Source of the DNA: Octopus sinensis
Lineage: Eukaryota
Direction of reading: 5' to 3'
Length of the DNA: 62,556 nucleotides
NCBI RefSeq assembly: GCF_006345805.1
Contig: NW_021835456.1
Location: 1-62,556, forward strand
Below, piece by piece: positions 52,583 to 62,556 of the stretch; the stretch's first letter is position 1; each line of letters begins with the position of its first letter. A program made the translations under genes and the position numbers. Below the pieces are notes generated by a model, which was given only the letters and a program-made list of their open reading frames with translations, ran no database searches and had not been told where the DNA came from.

Positions 52583-52807
52583 GATGACGATGATGATGAT
52601 GATGATGATGATGAGATGATGATGATGACGATTATGATGATGATGATAATGATGATGATGATGATGATGATGGATGATGATGATGATGATGATGACGATG
52701 ATGGTGGTGGTGGTGTTGGTGATGATAATGATGATGATGATGAGATGATGATGATGATGATGATGAATGATGATGATGAGATGATGATGATGATGATGAT
52801 GATGATA

Positions 52808-52838
<31 letters not shown>

Positions 52839-52934
52839 CGATGATGATGATGACGATGGTGGTGGTGGTGGTGTTGGTGATGATAATGATGATGATGATG
52901 ATGATGATGATGATGTGATGATGATGATGACGAC

Positions 52935-52967
<33 letters not shown>

Positions 52968-52983
52968 AATGATGATGATGATA

Positions 52984-53017
<34 letters not shown>

Positions 53018-53343
53018 CGATGGTGGTGGTGGTGGTGTTGGTGATGATAATGATGATGATGATGGTGATGATGATGATGAAAGACGATGATGCTGCTGTT
53101 CAAAGAGTTGGGTGGGTGGGGGAGGATGTCACTGGTGAGGTTGATTAAGATGATGAGGAAGATATCGATGGTGGCGATCACGACAGCTTGAACGATGTTT
53201 AAGATGACGATCATGATAATGTCGCACTTGTTATTGTATGACGATAATGTCGATAAAAATGTTTACAATGATGAACATCATAGGGCTGCTAACGCTGACT
53301 GCAATGATGTTGCTGCCGATGATGACGATGATGACGACGATGA

Positions 53344-53377
<34 letters not shown>

Positions 53378-53401
53378 GATGATGATGATGATGATGATGA
53401 C

Positions 53402-53458
<57 letters not shown>

Positions 53459-54210
53459 GATAATTGTGATGATGAAGATGATGGTGGTGGAGAGGTTGAC
53501 GGCGATGACGACGAAAAGGAGAACGATGCTACGACTACCCTGGTGATGATGGTTTTGATTATGAAGGAGATGATGGCGGTAATTAAGCAGATAATGATGA
53601 TGATATTGATGATGATGACGATGATGATGCAGATCGTGATGATAATAATGATGATGATGATGATTATTATTATTATGTTGTTTATGATAATGATGATGTT
53701 GATGATGATGATGATAATGAGGTTAATTATGATAATGATGATAATGATAATGATGATGAAGTTGATGATAATGATGATGATGATGACGACGACTATATGG
53801 ACGCTGGCAATGACTTTATGATGATGTTGGCAATAAGGACGAAGGATAACGATGACAATGGTGATGATGTTGGTTATGAGGATAATGACGACAACGAACA
53901 TGATGACGATAATGATGGTAGTGTTGATAATGATGACGACGAAGATGATGATGACGATGACGACGACGATGATTATAACAATGATGGTGATGATGATGAC
54001 GACGACCATGACGATGATGGTGATAATGATGACGACGATGATGGTGGTGTTGATGATGATGATGATGGTAGTGCTAATTATAAGAATATGACAATGAAGA
54101 CGACTGCGATGAAGATGGACATCACGATTGCTGTTATATTGACGACAGTAACGCTGTTGATGATGACGATGATGATGATGAAGAGGAGAAAGATGATGCT
54201 GATAACCTTG
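52455..54210. repeat. Long, partly degenerate (GAT)n/(GAC)n/(GGT)n tract
   Basis: Visible directly; poly-D/M/I ORFs appear in all frames. Confidence 0.92.
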
Positions 54211-54368
54211 TAAATCATAGAGAAAATAATGAATTAAGTTACTCTAATCAACATATACATCAGTCTCACGATCCAGGATTAGTGCAACGATTTCTGGGTA
54301 ACATTTAAAATTTGATAATGGATACGATTTGTTACGCTACTGACATAGATTCAAAAATCAATATATAA

Positions 54369-54435
<67 letters not shown>

Positions 54436-54502
54436 TATATATATATACACGCGCGCACACACACACACACACACACTCACACACATATATATGCATACTT
54501 AC

Positions 54503-54545
<43 letters not shown>

Positions 54546-55103
54546 CATGCATGTTTATATATTAAATTCATATATATATATTTATATAAACATATATATG
54601 GTAAATGAAAGACGGAAGATGGAAGATACGAAAATTTGCCTTAATCATTACAACTGTACCTACACATCTAGCATTCCCTCACAGTTGGGATGCTTAACTG
54701 CTTCAGGAGCATCCGACGGTGCAGATGTGTCTCTTCGGGTGATTAATCGGTATTACTCGTTAAAATAACAGTTTCACAGTGTATCTTCTCGTTTCGTGTA
54801 AAGAAATGCAGCAAATTAAATATCATATCTTCATTTATATAGAAAATCAATTATAAAATAAGATTTTCTAAAAAGAAACGAACACAATACAATGAGAATA
54901 GAACTAGAAATAACCGTTAACGGATATAGATGTATAAACACCCACGCGCAAGCTGCATGGCGCATGTACAATCTCGCTCATACAAGCATACACGAAGATG
55001 TAAGCATGCACACACGTGTGGTTTGGCGCGCACGCGTCCACATAGCGAGTTGAATAGCTACTTAGTGTTTATAAGCTAAACTTAAAGTAAATTATCTTAA
55101 CAG

Positions 55104-55598
55104 CTACTCAAATTCATTCCCACTGCATTGTGCGAAAGTATATTTATATGCTTGTAAGTGTCTTGCGAGTCTTTCAGAAATTCTATTAATGATCACATTA
55201 GTCAACAAAATAGACAGGGGTTCATCGGAACAGAGTCGGCATTTCCTGGAAATGATATGTGGTTTTGCGTGCATTACTATGGAACAAGTTATGTTATACT
55301 TAATTTTATCCGCCTTCAGTCGCCACTCAAAATTGGACAAAGATGTGGAATGTCTTATTAATTCTCTTGATGGTGGCGATATGGTTGCGATAACGATTTT
55401 TAAATGAATCAGCCGTTTGCCTAATGTAAACATACGTCCTCCTCTTGTGTGTACGGTACATTTATATACAAGATTTGTACTCATACAGATGTTCATCAAT
55501 GGGCATTTTGATTTTTCTCTGCGTGAACATTTATTATATTTATTTGTGTATATGGCAGTTCTGACTTCCTTTTCCGACATTGTTAGCGTGTTAGCCAT
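55104..55598 (-). mobile_element. GIY-YIG endonuclease region of a Naiad-type Penelope-like element (164-aa ORF)
   Basis: REKSKCPLMNICMSTNLVYKCTV...HSTSLSNFEWRLK..KIKYNITCSIVMHAKP...SRKCRLC...ISERLARHLQAYKY. Confidence 0.88.
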
Positions 55599-55823
55599 AT
55601 CATAATAATTTCTACTATATATTTATGAGTGAGTGGATAAACGAAAGTAAAAGACACTCACTACACCTAGTAGAAGTTACATGTTTTATCCTTTAAAACA
55701 GTTTGATTCTGTTCCATGCGACTAAAGGTTTTGCGAGCTTACACGGGTTTCTGTTAGAAGCTCGCAAAATTTTGTGCTGCATGCAGACGAATCAAATTGT
55801 TTTAAATAATCGTACAAAGTGTA

Positions 55824-56015
55824 GGCGTGGGTACGTGGCTGCGTGGTAAGAAATTTGCATCCTAACCACCACACGGTTCCGGGTTCAGTCCCACTGCGTG
55901 GCAATTTGGGCAAGTGCCTTCTATTCTAGTCTCGGGCCGACCAAAGCCTTGCGAGTGGATTTGGTAGACGGAAACTGAAAAGAAGCTCGTCGTGTATATA
56001 TATATATATATATGT

Positions 56016-56052
<37 letters not shown>

Positions 56053-56280
56053 CTTTGTGTTTGTGCTTGTCCCCACCACCACCACCGCTCGCTTGACAAC
56101 TGATGATGGTGTATTTACGTCCCCGTAACTTAGCAGTTCGACAAAAGACATTGATAGAATAAGTTCGAGACTTACAAAGAAGAAATCCAGAGGTGGATTT
56201 CTTCGATTAACAGGCGGTGCTCCCGCCAGGCCACAGTCAATGACTGAAACAAGTAAAAGAATAAAAAAAGAATAAAAGAA
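55824..56280 (+). mobile_element. SINE family B, full length
   Basis: ggcgtgggtacgtggctgcgtggtaag head, internal (TA)(TG)n, aagtaaaagaataaaa tail. Confidence 0.9.
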
Positions 56281-56647
56281 TATTTATATAAATATACGTC
56301 TTACCTGTTTAGGAAGAAAGCAGAAGAGCATAAATTTGATACATTGTTCACTCTTTGTGTTCGACAGGTGTTTCATTATGTTAAACCTCGTTAAATGTTC
56401 AATTACATAATTGTGATACATAATAATCAATTTACATGAAATTAATTTAAAAGCTGGTTTTATGCAAATCGTCAGTAACATTGTGTTGCGTTAATTAGAT
56501 AACATTCAGCGGTTTTAATACATCGAGACAAAGAGAAACATTTATATATGTATATATGCATATATGTATATATGTATATATGTATATAAATATATATATA
56601 ATATATGTATGTATATAATAAATAATAAATATATATATAAATATAAT

Positions 56648-56680
<33 letters not shown>

Positions 56681-56704
56681 TATTATGTATGTATGTATGT
56701 ATTT

Positions 56705-56860
56705 CATCCTCTCTTCTTGTTTCTTTCTGTGTTGCTTTCTGTGGAAGAGCGTTGGCTCGAAACGTTAAAGACTTTTTCACTTCTCGAGCGTTAAACTAAT
56801 ACATCTGTTTGTTGTCTACAGCACCTGTCTCCGTCTTTTGTTTTCTGTGAATTCTCCCTA
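56705..56860 (+). mobile_element. Penelope-like terminal repeat with variant hammerhead (56735-56770)
   Basis: CUUU-CUGUGGA-A-GAGC guug GCUC-GAAACGUU|AAAG: stems I and II perfect, palindromic ACGU stem III. Confidence 0.7.
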
Positions 56861-56889
56861 TATATATATATATATATATATGCATAGTT

Positions 56890-57048
56890 TAGACTCCTTT
56901 GAGTTTCAGTCTATCAAATCCACTCACAGCGCTTTGGTCCGCTTGAGGCTGTTGTACAAGGTCATGCCCAAAATATCACGCAGTGGGGCTGAGCCTGGAA
57001 CCATGTGGTTGGGAAGTAAGATTCCTACCACACACTCCCGCCAGCGCA
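56890..57048 (-). mobile_element. SINE family B, 5' part
   Basis: cagtggggctgagcctggaaccatgtggttgggaag...ccacac. Confidence 0.75.
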
Positions 57049-57050
57049 TG

Positions 57051-57084
<34 letters not shown>

Positions 57085-57159
57085 TGTATGTATGTATGTA
57101 TGTATGTATGTATGCGAGAGTGTGTGTGAGTGTATGAATATATGTGTGTGTATGTGTGT

Positions 57160-57220
57160 ATGATAAAATACTCGGAGAAAATACTCCGATAAAATACTCG
57201 GATAAAATACTCGGAGAAAG
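57160..57220. repeat. 13-bp minisatellite (aaaatactcggat) x4
   Basis: Visible directly. Confidence 0.9.
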
Positions 57221-57677
57221 TAACGTCCTCCAGTTCGACAAAAGAAACTTGTAATGACACAGGTAATGGAACCATATATGGAACCATATAGCCATATATG
57301 GAAACATCATCAATGCCATATCACCGTTATCCTCTTTGTCGTCGTCATCATGGTTCTCGTCATGATATTTGCCGTCATCGGCATCGCTGTCGTTGTGACT
57401 ACGAACATCATCATTCAACATTATCATCGTTATACTTGTCATCAATGTCGCTGCTATCATTATCAACACGACGTCTTTGTCATGCTTATCATAATCATCA
57501 TAATCGTTATCATCTTTAATCATGATGATGATGATCATCATCATCCTCATCATCAATCTTTAGCATCATCATCAATCTTTATCATCAACGTCAATCTTCA
57601 TCATCATCATCATCATCATCGTCAATGTTCATCATCATCATGAATGTTCATCATCATCAATCATCATCATCATCATC

Positions 57678-57723
<46 letters not shown>

Positions 57724-57842
57724 ATGTTCATCATCATTATCAATCTTCATCATCATTATCAATCTTTATTATCATCATCAATCTTTATCATCATGATCAA
57801 TCTCCGTAATCATTATCAATCTTCATCATCAGCATCATCATC

Positions 57843-57877
<35 letters not shown>

Positions 57878-59640
57878 CCAATCTTCATCATCATCAATCT
57901 TGACCATCATCAGTCTTGATCATCATCATCGTCGTTGTCGTCATCATCATCATCATGGTATATTGTTTTTATAACATTAAAATACTGACATGACACAAAA
58001 TTGCAAAAGTAAGAATTGAAAAATCAATAAATACACAGAATAAATAAATAAATAAAATTATTAATAATGATAATAATGATGATGATGATGATGATGATGA
58101 TATAAATCAAGCTTTCAAACAATGAAAACAACAATGAGAACAACAACAACGACGAAAATTACGACAAAATCTATAATAATAATAATTATTATAATAATAA
58201 TAATGATGATAATAATAATAATAATAATAATGATAATAATAATAATAATAACAACAACACTAATAATAACAATTATAATAGTCGTAATAATAGTAATAAT
58301 AATAGCGTCTGCGGCATTAACAGTTATATTAATAACACGAGAATAGAAAACTAGAAATATAAAAAAAATTGGAAAAATATTTTTTTAAAAAAGCGATAAC
58401 AATAAAAAAAAGAAGCGAAAACAAAAGCAAGCTACAATGGAAAACAGAAAACAAAATGGAGTCAATATAGAATGGGAGTTTAGAAAATTTCAAACTTGTT
58501 TATTGTTAAGTGAATGACGCCATGTTATTTGATGGCGTTTGTATGTAGAGAAAATCTGCTTGATCAGTTACAGAGAATATTTGTAACTCGTATGTGTCTC
58601 CATGTGTGTATTTGTTTATGAGTGTGCATGAATATGTGTTTGTGTGTGTGTGTATGTATATGTGTATTTGTGTATGTAAAGGAAAGTGAAAGAGGTTTCT
58701 CTCTATCTTTCTATATATATATATATATATATATGTGAGTGTGTGTGTGTGTATGTATATACATACATATGTATGTATTAATATGTTCGTTTGTGCGTAT
58801 ATTTAAGTATATATAAGTATTTATGCCTGCACACACACACGCTTGCGCTCACACGCACACATATATAAGTATATATATGTATGTGTGTGTGGGTGTGTGA
58901 GTGTATGAGTGTGTATGCATGTATATGTATGTATTCATATATTCACATTTAAGTATATTTAAATATTTATGTATGCACGTGTGTATATGTATATATATAT
59001 ATCTATGTGTGTGTGTATAAACACATACTCACACACATATATATAAAGACATGCACACACATATACTCAGGCATACAGACACACGTATTGAACATTTTTC
59101 CATGTATATGTGTATGTATGTACAAATACTTAAAGTATATATGAATGAATACACACACACACACACACACACACACAGAGATATATATACACATGCATGT
59201 ATACATGTGATTACACGTAAACGTCTGTAGAAGCGTATGTATATGTAATTCGATATTTAATGATTTGAAGTGACATATATACCTGTATATATAAACAAAC
59301 GTACATGCACGTGTGTATATAGATTTGGGTATGTGTGTATGTATATTAATGATTGTATGTGTATTTACATGTATGTGACATTGAAATCAATATGCAAAAT
59401 TCTATTGACACACACCTACATGTGAGTATATACACACACACATCACATACACACACATACATATATATATATATATGGACGCAGTTATACACACATGTAT
59501 ACTGCGTTCTTTAACTTGATGCTAATATATTCGTATATGTTTCTATCTCAGACAATGGCCTATGTGAAAGTATGCGTATATATATGTACGGATAATATAT
59601 ATATATATATACACAATACCTACCTATTCAAGTATGAGTT

Positions 59641-59685
<45 letters not shown>

Positions 59686-60339
59686 TTTATTTATTTATAT
59701 TTATATTGTATGTGCATAATATATAGATATATAGAATATACATATATCATATAACGTAGAAACGTATATAAGTTTATACATAGATAATTATCTAACAAAT
59801 ATATATATACGTATACGCACAAGCTTTTATATGGCTTCACATATAGGTGTACGACCATTATATATTTGCGTGTATATTAAAGTATAAAATATTTATATAT
59901 GCATATATATGTAGAAACACACACACACCACACACACACACACACACACACCACACACACAAACTCACACACATGCACACACACCTTATTTGCAGCAGTC
60001 AGCATCATTCATGTTTTGGAAAATAATTCACAGACGTTATGCTTATTTCGCTATCGTACAAAGACGAAAATCGTGATATTTGCAACTAGCATTTTTTTTT
60101 TCATTGAAATTTATTCATATTTATTATGTAACATGCTACGCACTAATATGCACGTTCTCACGTATATATATATATATATATTATTCATATGTTTATAAAT
60201 ACACGTGTGTATGCATATATATATAGATACATACATATCTGTCTCTGTATGTATCTATGAATCTATTTCTTACATAATTTGATGTTCATGTTTTATAGAA
60301 ACATTTATACATACCCACCACACAGGTATATTTGCGAAA

Positions 60340-60545
60340 ATTGTTGTTGTTGTAGTTGTTGTTATTGTTGTTGTTGTTGTTGTTCTTCTTCTTCTTCTTG
60401 TTCTTCTTGTTCTTCTTCTTCTTCTTCTTCTTCTTCTTCTTCTTCTTCTTCTTCTTCTTCTTCTTCTTCTTCTTCTTCTTCTTCTTCTTCTTCTTCTTCT
60501 TCTTCTTCTTCTTCTTCTTCTTCTTCTTCTTCTTCTTCTTCTTTG
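60340..60545. repeat. (TTG)n(TTC)n tract
   Basis: Visible directly. Confidence 0.95.
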
Positions 60546-60559
60546 TCCTGTTCTTCGAT

Positions 60560-60690
60560 TCGAGATGAAATTGCGCCGGGGTCAACTTTGTCTTTCATCT
60601 TTCCGGGGTCGATAAATTAAGTACCCGTGAAACACTGTGATTGATGTAATCAACTCCCGCAAAATTTCAGGCCGTGTGCCCTCGGAAGAA
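60560..60690 (+). mobile_element. SINE family A, 5'-truncated
   Basis: gtcaactttgtctttcatctttccggggtcgataaattaagtacc. Confidence 0.8.
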
Positions 60691-60699
60691 AGGATTACT

Positions 60700-60746
<47 letters not shown>

Positions 60747-60757
60747 ATTATTATTAC

Positions 60758-60835
<78 letters not shown>

Positions 60836-60849
60836 CATTATTACTATGT

Positions 60850-61185
60850 GAAGGCGCATGGCTCAGTGGTTATAGCGTCGAGCTTACAATCGTGAGGTTC
60901 TGAGTTCGAGTCCCGGACCGGGCTGCGTGTTGTGTTCTTGAGCAAGACACTTTATTTCACGTTGCTCCAGTTCACTCAGCTGTAGAAATGAGTTGCGACG
61001 TCACTGGTACCAAGCTGTATTGGCCCCTTTGCCTTTCCCTTGGATAACACTCGTGGCGCGGAGAGGGGAGGCCTGTATACATGGGCGACTGCTGGTCTTC
61101 CATAAACAGCTTGTCCGGACTTGTCCTCGGAGAGTAACTTTCTAGGGGCAATCCCATGGTCATTCATGACCGGAGGGGTCTCCTA
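60850..61185 (+). mobile_element. SINE family C variant, full length
   Basis: gaaggcgcatggctcagtgg A box, gttcgagtccc B box, tgtgttcttgagcaagacact. Confidence 0.9.
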
Positions 61186-61242
61186 TTATTATTATTATTA
61201 TTATTATATTATTATTATTATTATTAATTATATATTATTATA

Positions 61243-61797
61243 TTGAGTGAGAGAGCAGTTCATGCCATCAAGTGACACTGGGGTAAAATATACGAAGCCC
61301 AATATACCCATCATGACTACCCGTCTGATAAGGGTACACCAGGCACATGCATCACAACCATATGTGCGCGACATGGTGATCTCATATAAAGATAAACAGC
61401 ACATGAACCTTGCAGTGGGCCCAGTTAGAATTTTCTTCAGGTTGAGTAGGCCCATCCGCTCAAAAGGTCCCTGAATAAGGGTGTTTAAAGATGTTGAAAG
61501 AACGACCCATGTTTTCCAAAGGTGAATTATTCAAACCCCAAAATAATCCCCTCAACACATGGCTATGATGCTCCCCACTACTTCTGCTCGTGATCAGAGA
61601 TGCACATATCGTCAGCCACTAGGGGACATGCTCAACTGGTTACGGTCAAACAACTGACAAGCAATCTGTGGTATTGAGCAGAATATTTGCTGTAGCCCAT
61701 CTTATACCAAGACAAAACAATGTACATGATAACACTTCCAGTCAGTTAAGATCAGAAGCCATGAGAGCCACTGCCTGGTACTGCATCAGGGCATTTA
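61243..61797 (-). mobile_element. Unclassified ~555-bp non-coding element (family E) inserted in (TAA)n
   Basis: TAA tracts at both ends; 3' end repeated at 5021-5122; no clear pol III boxes and no long ORF. Confidence 0.75.
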
Positions 61798-61829
61798 TTA
61801 TTAGTATTATTATTATCATTATTATTATC

Positions 61830-62040
61830 TAAGGCGGTGAGCTGGCAGAATCGTTACCGTGCCACGCAAAATGTTTAGCTGCATTTCATCCGTTTTTTAC
61901 GCTTTTTCAAATTCTGCCGAGGTTGACTTTGCCTTTCATCCTCTAGGGGGTCGATAAAATAGGTGCCATTTGAGCACTCGGGTCGATGCAGTTGACTTAT
62001 CCTCACCCCCGAAATTGCTGGCCTTGTTCCAAATTTTGAA
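61830..62040 (+). mobile_element. SINE family A, full length
   Basis: aaggcggtgagctggcagaatcgtt...gactttgcctttcatcct...ccaaattttgaaa. Confidence 0.88.
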
Positions 62041-62556
62041 AAAATTATTGTTAGTTTTAATGTTGTTTTTAATATTGTAGTCTTTGTTTTGAGGTGAATG
62101 GGTATGTTGTCAAATCGTTCCGTAGTATTTTGATTTCTGCTAAATTTTTTCTAAATTCTACCAAATTCTACGGATTTTTTTTTTCATTTTTGATTATTTT
62201 GCAAACAGATATAGCTCAGATTGCGTAGATATTTAATTCAACGCTTCAGGAGTAGACGACACAAGTTTTCTTAGACATTCTCGTAAGGTTTCTGAAAAAC
62301 ATTATGGCTTCTGCTAATGGCGCACCCAGACAAATTAAAAGGAAAGAGAAAAGCACTTCACAAAATTTTCCACTGACAAGTAAACATTTAACTCTTGAGC
62401 ATTTAAACTGTCCAGATCCCGTCCAAATACTCTACTTGTTTTATGCTCCACCCGACCATATCCAGACTCTCATACCTACCCTACAATGTCATTCTGAAAA
62501 TAAACATCATCATCATCGAAATCTGGAAGCTACGAGATAATACGTAACTAAATTCA

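Noticed and set aside
53195-54213. Asp-rich ORFs resembling acidic biomineral proteins
   Set aside because: Continuous with a (GAT)n tract that is equally open as poly-Met or poly-Ile; no signal peptide or splice sites
62210-62374. Plus-strand exon candidate with ATG (MASANGAPRQIKRKEKSTSQNFPLT) and CAA|gtaaac
   Set aside because: Good Kozak context and acceptor but a weak donor, no partner exon in the window and no recognisable product

Overview
Eukaryotic, AT-rich, microsatellite-dense DNA (AT, AC, ATGT, ATCT, TAA, GAT, CTT, CAC runs). The SINE families look like the tRNA-derived SINEs of octopods, so the source is most likely a coleoid cephalopod, Octopus (inference). Nearly all ORFs in the supplied track are translated microsatellites. 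Supported features are: more than 25 tRNA-headed SINE copies in about 4 families; four R4/Dong-type RLE non-LTR retrotransposon relics, all abutting (TAA)n; several Penelope-like (PLE, including Naiad-type) RT or GIY-YIG relics; mariner/Tc1 and Helitron non-autonomous elements; and about ten hammerhead-ribozyme motifs. One hammerhead is intact (27818-27878, minus strand) and five degenerate ones sit in a ~127-bp tandem array (10035-10672). Two host-gene candidates, neither identifiable, emerge from splice signals and reading-phase matching. The first is a minus-strand gene starting below a triple-CCAAT cluster at ~45.7 kb whose first coding exons give a signal peptide. The second is a plus-strand chain of phase-compatible exons (26.0-37.2 kb) interrupted by in-frame UAG codons, one of which is covered by an antisense exon candidate. 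That raises a speculative, testable hypothesis of restorative A-to-I editing. The assembly appears to contain indel errors, so frameshifts and stops need read-level confirmation. Repeat boundaries are read by eye and are approximate.
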